A stretch of 61,133 nt of DNA. Source: Bacteroides sp. (GTDB taxonomy: Bacteria > Bacteroidota > Bacteroidia > Bacteroidales > SM23-62). The stretch spans positions 1 to 61,133 of the forward strand of contig DAOWJB010000288.1 in the NCBI GenBank assembly GCA_030640625.1. Reading direction: 5' to 3'. The stretch's first letter is position 1. Each line of letters starts with the position of its first letter. Made by a program: the position numbers and the translations under genes. The notes beneath the pieces are model-generated. The model had not been told where the DNA came from and did not search any database. It saw nothing but the letters and a program-made list of their open reading frames with translations. Below are positions 28,681-40,349 of this stretch, in pieces.

Positions 28681-29721
28681 ATGGAATTTACCGCTGAACA
28701 GATTGCCACTTTCCTTAACGGAAAGATTGAGGGAGACGCGGCTGCAAAGGTTAACGATGTATCCAAGATCGAAGAGGGAAGACCTGGGACACTGGCCTTC
28801 CTGGCCAATCTCAAATACGAGAAGTATATTTATGAGACAGAGGCAACCATCGTTCTTGTCAGCAATGATCTGGTCCTGGAGAAAGATGTGAAAGCTACCC
28901 TCATCAGGGTAAAAGATGCTTATGAAGCCTTTGCCAGCCTGCTCGATCTCTATGAACAATCCAAACCCAAAAAAACGGGGATCAGTCCAAAGGCCAGCAT
29001 AGCAGCATCAGCAACCACAGGCAAAAACCTTTATGCCGGTGATTTTGTTTACATAGGGGAAGATGTGCACATTGGAGACAATGTGAGTCTTTATCCACAG
29101 GTCTTCATTGGCGACCATGTTACCATTGGTGATAATACAAAAATTTACCCGGGTGTTAAGGTATTGGAAGAATGCCAGATAGGTGCAAACTGTATCATCC
29201 ATGCCGGTACTGTGATCGGCTCCGATGGATTTGGTTTTGCCCTTGAGCAGGATAGTTCCTCCAGGAGAAAAGTACCGCAGGTTGGAAATGTGGTCATCGG
29301 AAATGATGTGGAAATCGGTTCAAATGTCTCAATTGACAGGGCCACCATGGGATCAACCAAAATCGGGAACGGCGTCAAAATGGATAACCTGATCCAGATA
29401 GCCCATAATGTGGAGATTGGTGACAATAGCGTGGTTATTGCACAGGCAGGTGTTGCCGGATCCACCAAGGTTGGCAAGAATGTTATCCTGGCGGCACAGG
29501 CCGGACTGGTGGGACACATTACAATTGGAGACGGAGCGATCATTGCAGCACAATCAGGAGTGAACCATAGCCTCAAGGAGAAAGCCATTGTACTTGGTTC
29601 ACCTGCTTTTGATATCAGGGAGTATCGCAAATCATTAGCCATTTTCAAGCAATTGCCAGATTTACGCTATACTTTGATGCAGCTGGAGAAGGATATTAAG
29701 GAAATAAAAGATTCAATATAA
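28681..29721 (+). CDS. lpxD: UDP-3-O-(3-hydroxyacyl)glucosamine N-acyltransferase
   Basis: 346 aa. N-terminal LpxD domain ([12 protein letters not shown]...) followed by a long hexapeptide-repeat left-handed beta-helix. Sits in the lpxD/lpxC-fabZ/lpxA context. Confidence 0.9.
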   Translation: MEFTAEQIATFLNGKIEGDAAAKVNDVSKIEEGRPGTLAFLANLKYEKYIYETEATIVLVSNDLVLEKDVKATLIRVKDAYEAFASLLDLYEQSKPKKTGISPKASIAASATTGKNLYAGDFVYIGEDVHIGDNVSLYPQVFIGDHVTIGDNTKIYPGVKVLEECQIGANCIIHAGTVIGSDGFGFALEQDSSSRRKVPQVGNVVIGNDVEIGSNVSIDRATMGSTKIGNGVKMDNLIQIAHNVEIGDNSVVIAQAGVAGSTKVGKNVILAAQAGLVGHITIGDGAIIAAQSGVNHSLKEKAIVLGSPAFDIREYRKSLAIFKQLPDLRYTLMQLEKDIKEIKDSI

Positions 29722-29809
29722 TCCAGCCGGCACAGGCAGGTTGAAGAATTAGATTTGCTGAATTTTTGTATATTGCGGCGTTCAATTTCTATCTGTAAGT
29801 GAATGGAAT

Positions 29810-31204
29810 ATGACTGGAAATCAGAAAACTATTAAAAAACCTGTTAGTTTCAGTGGCCGGGGACTCCATACTGGTGTGGATGTGAAATTAACCCTGGCAC
29901 CTGCTCCTGAAAATCATGGTTACCGGATAATCCGTACCGACCTGAATGATAGGCCTGTAATTAAGGCCCTGGCAGAAAACGTGGTTGAAACAAGCAGGGG
30001 TACTACCCTGGAAGAAAACGGCGTAAAGGTTTCCACCATTGAACATGTGATGGCTGCCTGTATCGGATCCGGCCTGGACAATGTGAAAATTGAGATGAAC
30101 GGACCTGAGGCTCCCATCCTCGACGGGAGCGCCAGATCATATGTGGAAGGTATTGTTAAAGCGGGATACAAAGACCAGGAAAGTCTCAGAAACATTTATC
30201 AGATCACTGAGAAAATCGAATATCGCGATGATGAACGCGGGATAGAGATCATTGCCTACCCCGATCCCAAATTCAGCGTCGATGTAAAGATTGACTACAA
30301 TTCAAAGGTACTTGGTTTCCAGTACGCTAATCTTGATAATATTAAAGATTTCGAAAAGGAGATCGCGGCTGCAAGAACATTCGTATTCCTCCATGAACTG
30401 GAATTTCTGCAGAAGAACAACCTAATCAAGGGGGGAGACCTGGACAACGCCATCGTGATCATTGATCGCAAGGTTTCACAGGAAGAACTGGACCGCCTGG
30501 CCGAACTTTTCAACAAGCCAAAGGTGAAAGTGCAGCCTGAAGGGATCCTGAACAACGTCAAGCTAAACTACAGCAATGAAGCGGCACGCCATAAACTCCT
30601 CGATATTATGGGAGATCTGGCCCTTGTCGGGCAGCCCATTCAGGGCAAGATCATCGCCACCCGTCCGGGACATTATGCAAACAACCAGTTCGCCCGGTTG
30701 ATCAGGAGTAAAATCAAGAAAGATAAATTAAAAAAAAAGGCCCCCGTATACGACCTGAACAAGTCAGTAATGGATGTCAATGACATCATGAAGTTATTGC
30801 CCCACCGCTATCCTTTTCTTCTGGTTGACAAGATCCTTCACCGTGACAGTAAAACAGTCGTAGGGGTAAAGAATGTCTCCTATAATGAACCATACTTCCA
30901 GGGACATTTCCCGCAGGAACCGGTTATGCCCGGAGTCCTTCAGGTCGAAGCAATGGCACAGGTAGGCGGCATCCTTGTACTGCATACAGTCCCGGATCCT
31001 GAACATTATGCCACATATTTCCTGAAAATTGACAATGTGAAATTTAAAAGGAAAGTCGTCCCGGGAGACACCATGCTTATCAAGGCAGACCTCCTGGAGC
31101 CCATACGCAGGGGCATCGCGCATATGTTCGGACAGGTGTTTGTCGGGGACAACCTGGTCTCTGAGGGAGAACTCATGGCCCAGATCGTAAAAGAATATGA
31201 ATAA
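29810..31204 (+). CDS. lpxC/fabZ: Bifunctional UDP-3-O-acyl-GlcNAc deacetylase / 3-hydroxyacyl-ACP dehydratase
   Basis: N-terminal LpxC (QKTIKKPVSFSGRGLHTG, TTLEENGVKVSTIEHVMAA, HKLLDIMGDLAL) fused to FabZ (LPHRYPFLLVDKI...YFQGHFPQEPVMPGVL). This fusion is typical of Bacteroidota. Confidence 0.92.
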   Translation: MTGNQKTIKKPVSFSGRGLHTGVDVKLTLAPAPENHGYRIIRTDLNDRPVIKALAENVVETSRGTTLEENGVKVSTIEHVMAACIGSGLDNVKIEMNGPEAPILDGSARSYVEGIVKAGYKDQESLRNIYQITEKIEYRDDERGIEIIAYPDPKFSVDVKIDYNSKVLGFQYANLDNIKDFEKEIAAARTFVFLHELEFLQKNNLIKGGDLDNAIVIIDRKVSQEELDRLAELFNKPKVKVQPEGILNNVKLNYSNEAARHKLLDIMGDLALVGQPIQGKIIATRPGHYANNQFARLIRSKIKKDKLKKKAPVYDLNKSVMDVNDIMKLLPHRYPFLLVDKILHRDSKTVVGVKNVSYNEPYFQGHFPQEPVMPGVLQVEAMAQVGGILVLHTVPDPEHYATYFLKIDNVKFKRKVVPGDTMLIKADLLEPIRRGIAHMFGQVFVGDNLVSEGELMAQIVKEYE

Positions 31205-31991
31205 AATGAACCAAGCCCTGGCCAATATTCATCCTGAAGCCAACATTGCTGATAATGTTACCATCGAACCCTTTGCTACCATTGGCAAAAATGTTGAGAT
31301 AGGAGAAGGCTCCTGGATCGGTCCGAATACCGTGATCATGGACGGGGCCAGGATTGGGAAAAATTGTACTATTTTTCCCGGGACTGTCATCTCTGCCATT
31401 CCACAGGACATGAAATACCAGGGAGAAGACACCATGGTGGAGATCGGCGACAATACCACCATACGGGAATGTGTAACCATCAATAAAGGCACCAATGCCC
31501 GTGGTAAAACCATTATTGGCAAAAACTGCCTCCTGATGGCCTACGTTCATATAGCACATGATTGCAAGCTGGGTGATCATGTAATCCTGGTAAATAACGC
31601 TACCCTGGGAGGAGAGGTAGAAGTTGATGACTGGGCCATTGTCAGTGCAGCCTGCCTGGTACATCAGTATGTTCAAATAGGTAAGCATGTCATGATACAG
31701 GGTGGTTCGAAAGTTGGCAAAGATGTGCCTCCCTATATTACTGCAGGCAGGGATCCATTTTCATATGAAGGGCTGAATTCTATCGGGCTGAAACGAAGGA
31801 ACTTTGCCAATGAAAAAATCCAGGAGATCCAGGAAGTCTACCGCATCATCTTCCATGGTGGTTACAATTACACACAGGCCAGGGATTACATTAAAAATAA
31901 TTTTCAACCTTCAGAGGAACGTGATGAGATCCTGGGCTTCATGCAAAAATCAAAAAGGGGACTGATCAAAGGATTAAACAGTGAAGAGTGA
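31197..31991 (+). CDS. lpxA: Acyl-ACP--UDP-GlcNAc O-acyltransferase
   Basis: 264 aa. Hexapeptide repeats followed by the LpxA C-terminal helical domain (GLNSIGLKRRNF). Overlaps lpxC-fabZ by 8 nt. Confidence 0.9.
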   Translation: MNKMNQALANIHPEANIADNVTIEPFATIGKNVEIGEGSWIGPNTVIMDGARIGKNCTIFPGTVISAIPQDMKYQGEDTMVEIGDNTTIRECVTINKGTNARGKTIIGKNCLLMAYVHIAHDCKLGDHVILVNNATLGGEVEVDDWAIVSAACLVHQYVQIGKHVMIQGGSKVGKDVPPYITAGRDPFSYEGLNSIGLKRRNFANEKIQEIQEVYRIIFHGGYNYTQARDYIKNNFQPSEERDEILGFMQKSKRGLIKGLNSEE

Positions 31992-31994
31992 TTG

Positions 31995-33038
31995 TTAATC
32001 ACCAAAGGAGTTCCATCCCTGGGCCTGCAACTCAATTTCACTTCCCTGATTCGTAACAAACTTCATTCCTGCTTCCGCTTCAGTAATATGGCCTATGAAA
32101 GATATGTCTTTGATTTGCATTGCCTTGTCATGAAGTTCGAGGGGGACCGTAAACAATAATTCATAATCCTCACCGCCATTCAGGGCGGCGATAAATGGTT
32201 CAATATTCATTTCATTGGCTGCTCGCTCCGTTTCCTCCGCCAGCGGTATCTTATCCTGGAATACTCTGCAACCGAGGCCAGATTGTTTGCATATATGCAT
32301 AAGATCCGATGAAAGTCCATCTGAAAGATCTATCATGGCATTGGGAACGATTTGATTATCATGTAATGCCGCGATAATATCCTTGCGGGCTTCGGGTTTC
32401 AGCTGCCGGCCCAGAATATAATCATAACCAGACAATTCAGGCTGGATGCTTTTACTGGAATCATCAAATACCTTCCGCTCTCTTTCCAGTAACTGCAATC
32501 CCATATATGCTGCACCCAGGTCACCTGATACACAGATCAGGTCATTCACCCTGGCGGTATTGCGGTATGCAATTTTTCCCTTATCCACTTCACCCATGGC
32601 AACAACGCTGATGGTTAGACCGGTTAAAGAGGATGTGGTATCTCCCCCCACAAGATCCACCTTGTAGGTCTCGCATGCCATTTTAATTCCATCGTACAAT
32701 TGATCAACAGCTTCCAGGCTGAATTTGCCGGAAAGCGCCAGGGATACCAGGACCTGTTTGGGATTCCCGTTCATGGCATACACATCGGAGAGATTGACAA
32801 CGATGGCCTTGTATCCCAGGTGCTTTAAAGGTGTATAAACCAGGTTGAAATGAATTCCTTCCACCAGCAGGTCCGTTGTCACAACCATCTTTTTCCCCTT
32901 GTAATCCATTACGGCAGCATCATCTCCCACCCCCTTGACAGTGCTTTCATGATGCAGGCTGATATCCCCTGTAAGATGGCTTATCAGACCAAATTCGCCG
33001 AGTTTGGAAAGCGGGGTTATTTTCTTCTTTTCTGTCAT
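31995..33038 (-). CDS. thiL: Thiamine-monophosphate kinase
   Basis: AIR-synthase-related fold motifs: GVGDDAAV, TTDLLVEGIHF, NLSDVYAMNG, VGGDTT. 347 aa. Confidence 0.85.
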   Translation of the reverse strand: MTEKKKITPLSKLGEFGLISHLTGDISLHHESTVKGVGDDAAVMDYKGKKMVVTTDLLVEGIHFNLVYTPLKHLGYKAIVVNLSDVYAMNGNPKQVLVSLALSGKFSLEAVDQLYDGIKMACETYKVDLVGGDTTSSLTGLTISVVAMGEVDKGKIAYRNTARVNDLICVSGDLGAAYMGLQLLERERKVFDDSSKSIQPELSGYDYILGRQLKPEARKDIIAALHDNQIVPNAMIDLSDGLSSDLMHICKQSGLGCRVFQDKIPLAEETERAANEMNIEPFIAALNGGEDYELLFTVPLELHDKAMQIKDISFIGHITEAEAGMKFVTNQGSEIELQAQGWNSFGD

Positions 33039-33104
33039 GGGGGATACAGGTATTGAAAGCTTCTAAAATCGTCGCAAAATTCACCAAAAATTAATACTTT
33101 TTCT

Positions 33105-33112
33105 TATCTTTG
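33105..33112 (+). promoter_or_regulatory. Candidate -7 box (TAnnTTTG) for the suf operon
   Basis: tatctttg sits in the thiL/sufB divergent region, 70 nt upstream of the sufB ATG. Confidence 0.35.
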
Positions 33113-33181
33113 TCGTTATTTGGAATAAATCTAAATAAAGAGAATTGCAGGATGAAGCATACTGATCTGGAGGGATGAATT

Positions 33182-34630
<1,449 letters not shown>

Positions 34631-34715
34631 TCAGTGTAACAGGGTGCTTCTGAAGCGTAACACCATGAGGCGATGAACTAAATGAATAGTATAAATGTTA
34701 AGTGTTTAATATAAA

Positions 34716-35477
34716 ATGTTATCAATAAAGGACCTAAAAGTAATTGTTGCAGAGAAGGAAATTCTCTCGGGGATCAACCTTGATGTTAAGGCTGGCGAAG
34801 TGCATGCCATTATGGGACCCAATGGTTCCGGGAAAAGTACCCTGGCAACAGCTATCGCAGGAAGGGATGTAATGGATATCACCCATGGTTCCATTAAATA
34901 CATGGGTGAAAACCTGCTGGAAATGGATCCGGAAGAAAGGGCAAAAAAAGGGATATTCCTGTGTTTCCAGTACCCTGTTGAAATCCCGGGTGTCAGCATG
35001 GTTAACTTTATGAAAACCGCAGTCAATGAACACAGGTTATTTAATGGACTGGAGCCTCTTTCAGCCGGTGATTTTCTCAAATATATGCGGGAAAAGAAGG
35101 AACTTGTTGAATTTGATTCCCAATTGACAAACCGTTCGGTCAATGAGGGGTTTTCCGGGGGAGAAAAGAAGAAAAATGAGATTTTCCAGATGGCCCTGCT
35201 TGAACCAAAACTGGCCATCCTGGATGAAACCGACAGCGGCCTGGATATCGATGCACTGAAGATCGTGGCCAATGGGGTCAATACCTTAAAGAACAAGGAT
35301 AACGCAACCATCGTTATCACTCACTACCAGCGGCTGCTTGATTATATTATACCCGATTTCGTCCATGTCCTTTACGATGGCCGGATTGTAAAATCAAGTG
35401 GCAGGGAACTGGCCCTGGAACTGGAAGAGAAGGGATATGACTGGATCAAGGAGGAAGCGGGGAGACAAGAAAAATGA
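34716..35477 (+). CDS. sufC: Fe-S cluster assembly ATPase SufC
   Basis: Walker A GPNGSGKST, signature FSGGEKKK, Walker B AILDETDSGLD. 253 aa. Confidence 0.95.
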   Translation: MLSIKDLKVIVAEKEILSGINLDVKAGEVHAIMGPNGSGKSTLATAIAGRDVMDITHGSIKYMGENLLEMDPEERAKKGIFLCFQYPVEIPGVSMVNFMKTAVNEHRLFNGLEPLSAGDFLKYMREKKELVEFDSQLTNRSVNEGFSGGEKKKNEIFQMALLEPKLAILDETDSGLDIDALKIVANGVNTLKNKDNATIVITHYQRLLDYIIPDFVHVLYDGRIVKSSGRELALELEEKGYDWIKEEAGRQEK

Positions 35478-36838
35478 GTATGAGTCAGGAATATGTAGAA
35501 TTGTTCAAAGCCAAGGAGCAATTGCTTGAAAAGGCCTCTCCTTCCTTTATGATGAACATCAGGGAAGAGGCCATTCACCAGTTCGGCAAAACAGGCCTGC
35601 CGGACCATAAAAGCGAATTGTATAAATATACCTCCCTGCAAAAACTTTTTGAACCCAAGTATAACATGCAGTTGCAGCCGAGCAATGTTGAATTCAGGGT
35701 GGAGGATATCTTTAATTGTGATGTGCCCAATCTGCAAACCCGGTTAGAGATTATCCTGAACGGGTTCTACAAAGTGAATGGAACGGCACTGACCCGCCTG
35801 GATAACGGGATCATTATCGGCAGTTTTGCCGAGGCCCTCAGAAAATATCCTGAACTGGTAAAGGAACATTACGCCAAACATGCCGGCTTTGAAAAGGATT
35901 CCCTCGTGGCCTTGAATACCGCCTTTGCGATAGATGGTCTTTTTATCTATGTGCCTAAAGGCCAGGTACTCGAAGAACCGGTACAGGTGGTACACCTCCC
36001 GATGACAGGGTACGATACCATGCTGCATTACCGGAACCTTTTCATCATGGAAGAAAATGCCAGCGCCGAGGTGATCGTATGTGACCATACCCTTTCTCCT
36101 TTCCGCTTTTTGACAAATTCCGTAACAGAGATATATATTGGCAGCGGGGCACAGTTTCATTATTCCCGGATACAGAATGAGCACCTGAATTCCAACCTGT
36201 TGACCAACCTGTTCATTCACCAGGAGGCTGATAGTACCGTCAGGTCAAATACGATCAGTTTGCATGGTGGATTGATACGGAACAACACGAATGTATTGCT
36301 GAATGCCCGGGGCTGTAATAATGAAACCTATGGATTGTTCCTTTCAGACAAAAACCAGCATATTGACAATTATGTTAACATAGACCACGCCAAACCCGAA
36401 TGCACCAGCACCCAGCTATTCAAAGGGATCCTCAATGATCAATCCACAGGTGCATTCAATGGCCGCATCCTGGTCAGGCAGGATGCTCAGAAAACCCTGG
36501 CCTATCAGACCAATAACAATATCCTGATGTCAGATGAGGCCAAGATGAATTCAAAGCCCCAGCTGGAGATATATGCCGACGATGTGCGCTGTTCCCATGG
36601 AGCCACAACCGGCCAACTCGATGAAAATGCCCTTTTCTATATGCAGTCCCGGGGAATACCCAGGCAGGAGGCAAGGCTGCTGATGTTGTATGCTTTTGCC
36701 CATGAGGTAATTGAAAAGATCCAGGTGACCCCTCTCAAGGACAGGATCAATCACCTGGTGGACAAACGGCTGAGGAATGAACTTTCCCGCTGTAACAACT
36801 GTTCCATGGCATGTGGTGACCTTCCCATCCCTGATTAA
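35474..36838 (+). CDS. sufD: Fe-S cluster assembly protein SufD
   Basis: 454 aa. Overlaps sufC by 4 nt. C-terminal block typical of SufD: CSHGATTGQLDENALFYMQSRGI. Confidence 0.9.
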   Translation: MSMSQEYVELFKAKEQLLEKASPSFMMNIREEAIHQFGKTGLPDHKSELYKYTSLQKLFEPKYNMQLQPSNVEFRVEDIFNCDVPNLQTRLEIILNGFYKVNGTALTRLDNGIIIGSFAEALRKYPELVKEHYAKHAGFEKDSLVALNTAFAIDGLFIYVPKGQVLEEPVQVVHLPMTGYDTMLHYRNLFIMEENASAEVIVCDHTLSPFRFLTNSVTEIYIGSGAQFHYSRIQNEHLNSNLLTNLFIHQEADSTVRSNTISLHGGLIRNNTNVLLNARGCNNETYGLFLSDKNQHIDNYVNIDHAKPECTSTQLFKGILNDQSTGAFNGRILVRQDAQKTLAYQTNNNILMSDEAKMNSKPQLEIYADDVRCSHGATTGQLDENALFYMQSRGIPRQEARLLMLYAFAHEVIEKIQVTPLKDRINHLVDKRLRNELSRCNNCSMACGDLPIPD

Positions 36839-38070
36839 TGCTCACCCAGATGGACTTTGAAGTTGACAAGATAAGACAGGATTTTCCATTACTTTCCCAG
36901 AAAGTACACGGTCATACTATCGCCTATTTTGACAATGGAGCCACCACCCAGAAACCCAGTTCCGTTATAGAAACGGTCCGCAGGTATTACGAAGAGGAAA
37001 ATGCCAGCATACACAGGGGGATCCATTTTCTCAGCGACCGCTCTACCGAAACCTATGAAAAGGCAAGAGAAAGGGTACGGAAACACATCAATGCCGCTTC
37101 TACCAACGAAATCATTTTTACCAGCGGGACCACTGGATCGATCAACGCACTGGCCTTTAGTTTTGGTGAAAAGTATCTTTCTCCTGGGACTGAAGTGATC
37201 ATATCCGAAATGGAACACCACTCCAATATTGTCCCCTGGCAGATGGCCTGTGAACGCAAGGGCGCTAAACTCAGGGTGGTCCCATTTAATGAGAATGGAG
37301 AACTGGTAATGGAAGCATTCCGGAAGCTGCTTTCGGATAAAACCAGGATCGTTGCCATCACCCATATTTCCAATTCACTTGGAACCATCAATCCTTTGAA
37401 AGAGATCATCCGCTTAGCACATAAGCATGAGGTCCCGGTACTGGTCGATGGAGCCCAGGCCCTGCCCCATGAGAGTGTAGACGTAAGGGACCTGGATGCC
37501 GATTTCTATGCATTTTCAGGCCATAAGGCATACGGACCAAATGGGATCGGTGTACTGTATGGTAAAGAAAAACTGCTGTACGATCTGCCACCTTACCAGG
37601 GCGGGGGAGATATGGTTGATTGCGTGACCTTTGATAAAACCACCTACAACGAACTCCCGTATAAATTTGAGGCCGGTACCATGAATTACATCGGGGCAGC
37701 TGGACTGGCAGCAGCGCTTGACTATATTACCGATATAGGTCTCGAGCGGATCAGGGAATACGAGAAATATTTACTCGAGTACGCCACCATGAAGCTGATG
37801 TCTGTACCTGGACTCGAGATTTATGGCAATGCCGCAAATAAGATCAGTATCCTTTCTTTCCTCATCGATGGAATTCATCCTTACGATGCCGGAATGGTAC
37901 TGGATAAACTGGGCATTGCCGTACGAACCGGGACCCATTGCACCCAACCGGTAATGGACCACTTCAAGATCACCGGGACCCTGCGTGCTTCCCTGGTATT
38001 TTACAACACAACCGCAGAGATTGACAGGCTTCATGCCGGACTCCACCAGGTTCGTGAAATGTTCGGTTAG
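36838..38070 (+). CDS. sufS: Cysteine desulfurase, SufS subfamily
   Basis: PLP-lysine context FSGHKAYGPNGIG and active-site loop RTGTHCTQP. 410 aa. Overlaps the sufD stop by 1 nt. Confidence 0.92.
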   Translation: MLTQMDFEVDKIRQDFPLLSQKVHGHTIAYFDNGATTQKPSSVIETVRRYYEEENASIHRGIHFLSDRSTETYEKARERVRKHINAASTNEIIFTSGTTGSINALAFSFGEKYLSPGTEVIISEMEHHSNIVPWQMACERKGAKLRVVPFNENGELVMEAFRKLLSDKTRIVAITHISNSLGTINPLKEIIRLAHKHEVPVLVDGAQALPHESVDVRDLDADFYAFSGHKAYGPNGIGVLYGKEKLLYDLPPYQGGGDMVDCVTFDKTTYNELPYKFEAGTMNYIGAAGLAAALDYITDIGLERIREYEKYLLEYATMKLMSVPGLEIYGNAANKISILSFLIDGIHPYDAGMVLDKLGIAVRTGTHCTQPVMDHFKITGTLRASLVFYNTTAEIDRLHAGLHQVREMFG

Positions 38071-38086
38071 TCTGATACCCATTGAT

Positions 38087-38094
38087 TATCTTTG
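38087..38094 (+). promoter_or_regulatory. Candidate internal -7 box (TAnnTTTG) upstream of sufE
   Basis: tatctttg overlaps the track's TTG start (38092), which supports ATG 38113 as the sufE start. Confidence 0.35.
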
Positions 38095-38112
38095 CAGAAA
38101 ATTACAGAAACA

Positions 38113-38541
38113 ATGAACATAAATGAACTACAGGATGAGATCATTGCAGAATTCGAAGTATTTGAAGACTGGCTGGATAAATACAATTACCTGATCGAAC
38201 TCAGTAACGACCTGCCCATCATGGATCCGCAATATAAAACCAATGAGTACCTGATCAATGGATGCCAGTCAAAGGTCTGGCTCAGGGCTGATCTTGAGGA
38301 TGGGAAAGTCAGGTTCACAGCTGATTCAGATGCCATTATCACCAAAGGAATCGTATCCCTGCTGATCCGTGTCCTTTCTGACAGGGATCCGGCTGAGATC
38401 ATGGATACGGACCTGGTTTTTATTGACCGTATCGGGTTGCGAGAAAATCTTTCCCCGACCCGTTCCAATGGCCTGCTGTCCATGGTGAAACAGATGAAAC
38501 TTTATGCCCTGGCCTACAAGACCAAGATGGCTCAAAAATGA
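38113..38541 (+). CDS. sufE: SufE-like sulfur acceptor protein
   Basis: About 142 aa from ATG 38113. INGCQSKVWL active-site cysteine context typical of SufE/CsdE. Confidence 0.85.
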   Translation: MNINELQDEIIAEFEVFEDWLDKYNYLIELSNDLPIMDPQYKTNEYLINGCQSKVWLRADLEDGKVRFTADSDAIITKGIVSLLIRVLSDRDPAEIMDTDLVFIDRIGLRENLSPTRSNGLLSMVKQMKLYALAYKTKMAQK

Positions 38542-38597
38542 ACATTTAGCACCGCTGCTGGCAATATGCCTGGCATGTGCGGATAAAGATTCAGATT

Positions 38598-38921
38598 ATG
38601 GAGAACGAAAATGAATTCCTGCAACTGGAAGACGAGATCATAAAGACACTTAAAAACATTTATGATCCTGAGATTCCCGTAAATATATATGACCTTGGAC
38701 TGATCTATGAGATCGACGTGGATGATGATAATAATGTCAAGGTGAGGATGACACTCACCACCCCGAATTGTCCTCTTGCGGACAGCATCATTGCTGAGGT
38801 GCAGCAGAAGGTCGAAGCCATTGAGGGAGTGAACTCGATGAACCTGAAACTTACTTTCGATCCACCCTGGGATGAGAACATGCTGACCAATGAAGCGAAA
38901 CTCGAATTGGGACTTCTTTAA
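38598..38921 (+). CDS. DUF59 / SufT-like Fe-S assembly protein
   Basis: About 107 aa from ATG 38598. IYDPEIPVNIYDLGLIY...MTLTTPNCP motif typical of DUF59 proteins. Confidence 0.8.
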   Translation: MENENEFLQLEDEIIKTLKNIYDPEIPVNIYDLGLIYEIDVDDDNNVKVRMTLTTPNCPLADSIIAEVQQKVEAIEGVNSMNLKLTFDPPWDENMLTNEAKLELGLL

Positions 38922-38938
38922 TCTTTGAATCCCTACCA

Positions 38939-39868
38939 TTGGCAAATCCCGTTGAAAATAGCCGGAAAATCAAGGATAAAGCCCTTGAATTGGGTTTTCT
39001 TCAGGCCGGGATTGCAGGCGCAGATTATCTCTCAGAAGATGCTGGCAGACTCAGTAGCTGGCTTGATAATGGCTACCATGGTACGATGGGATACATGGAA
39101 AATCACTTTGAGAAAAGGTTAGATCCGCGGAAACTGGTTGAGGGTGCACGATCCGTCGTGGTGGTATCACAAAATTATTGTACCAGGGAAAAACAGCTCG
39201 ATGAATCGGCTCCCAGGGTTTCCAGATATGCCTTCGGAAAAGACTATCACCAGATCATGCGTAAAAAACTGCGCAGCCTCTATGTTTACATGGAAAAGCA
39301 GATCGGACTTCATTCCGGACGGATATTTGTGGATTCAGCACCGGTTATGGAAAGAGCCTGGGGCCACAGGGCTGGACTGGGATGGATCGGGAAAAATTCA
39401 CTGCTGCTGAACCGGAAACATGGTTCCTGGTTTTTTACCGGTGTGATCATCACTGACCTGGAACTGGAACCTGACCAGCCTGTCAAGGATTACTGCGGAG
39501 ACTGCAGCCGCTGCATAGATGCCTGTCCCACAAATGCCATCCTGCCCGGCAAGGTTGTCGATGCATCCCGTTGCATTTCCTACCTTACCATCGAGAACCG
39601 GGAAGCCCGGCTCCCGGATGAATTCCGCGGCCGGATGCAAAACTGGGCCTTCGGATGCGACACATGCCAGGATGTTTGTCCCTGGAATAACAACGCGCAT
39701 TCTCACTGCGAGACATGGTTAAACCCCAGGCCCGGACTCCTGGAATTATCCCTTGGTGAATGGAAGGCCCTGGATGAGGCAGAATTTGACCGGATCTTTA
39801 AAGGCACTGCTGTAAAACGGACCAGATACAAGGGTTTGCGAAGAAATATCGATTTTCTTTCTGATTAG
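38939..39868 (+). CDS. queG: Epoxyqueuosine reductase
   Basis: Two 4Fe-4S ferredoxin motifs (CGDCSRCIDACPTNA, CDTCQDVCPWN), GWIGKNSLLLN, and a C-terminal HEAT-like tail. The only available start is TTG 38939; there is no in-frame ATG upstream. Confidence 0.85.
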   Translation: MANPVENSRKIKDKALELGFLQAGIAGADYLSEDAGRLSSWLDNGYHGTMGYMENHFEKRLDPRKLVEGARSVVVVSQNYCTREKQLDESAPRVSRYAFGKDYHQIMRKKLRSLYVYMEKQIGLHSGRIFVDSAPVMERAWGHRAGLGWIGKNSLLLNRKHGSWFFTGVIITDLELEPDQPVKDYCGDCSRCIDACPTNAILPGKVVDASRCISYLTIENREARLPDEFRGRMQNWAFGCDTCQDVCPWNNNAHSHCETWLNPRPGLLELSLGEWKALDEAEFDRIFKGTAVKRTRYKGLRRNIDFLSD

Positions 39869-39907
39869 GACAAAGGACTGAAAACCCTGTCCGGGAACCC
39901 GACAATT

Positions 39908-40315
39908 TTACCCCGAGTCCACCATCGTCAGGATAATGCTTCTTTTGCTGCGGGGACCGTCAAACTCACAAAGAAAGATGTTCTGCCAGGTCGACAGCCC
40001 GAGCTCCCCGTCCAGGATGGGTATAGTCTCCGAAGGACCAACGATCCCGGCTTTCAGGTGGGCATCCCCGTTGTTGTCCTGGGCATCATGCTGCCATACA
40101 CCCTGAGGGATCAGTTTCTTCAGCAGGTTCACCACATCATTCTGTACCGACTCATCCCAGTTCTCCTGGATCATGATGGCAGCCGTGGCACCCTGTACAT
40201 AAACCGAAACCATCCCGTTCCCGATCCTACTTTTGCGGACAGAAGCCTTTACCTGCGCTGTAATATCATACAGGCCATTATGGCGATGGGTGCTTATTTG
40301 TATAATATCCTGCAT
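39908..40315 (-). CDS. yjbQ: YjbQ/UPF0047 family protein (secondary thiamine-phosphate synthase)
   Basis: 135 aa. VQGATAAIMIQENWD...NGDAHLKAGIVGPSETIPI pattern typical of the YjbQ family. Confidence 0.8.
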   Translation of the reverse strand: MQDIIQISTHRHNGLYDITAQVKASVRKSRIGNGMVSVYVQGATAAIMIQENWDESVQNDVVNLLKKLIPQGVWQHDAQDNNGDAHLKAGIVGPSETIPILDGELGLSTWQNIFLCEFDGPRSKRSIILTMVDSG

Positions 40316-40349
40316 TTTGTAAATTTAAGAAACTTATGGAAAGGACGGA

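Noticed and set aside
29145-31688. Long minus-strand ORFs (29145..29648, 30794..31225, 31173..31688) antisense to lpxD, fabZ and lpxA.
   Set aside because: Hexapeptide-repeat genes characteristically leave the opposite strand open. The translations have no recognisable domains, and the sense-strand genes are unambiguous.
34706-35320. 204-aa minus-strand ORF antisense to sufC. Similar antisense ORFs lie in maeB (12561..13058), sprA (16441..16890), sufD (35744..36220), sufS (36889..37365) and the SpoIIE domain (45413..46039).
   Set aside because: All are fully embedded in strongly supported sense genes and show no motifs. They are artefacts of the six-frame track.
38925-39122. 65-aa ORF with an ATG start, overlapping the queG 5' end in another frame.
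   Set aside because: The QueG-like sequence (ALELGFLQAGIA...) is in the 38939 frame. The 65-aa translation has no similarity to anything I recognise.
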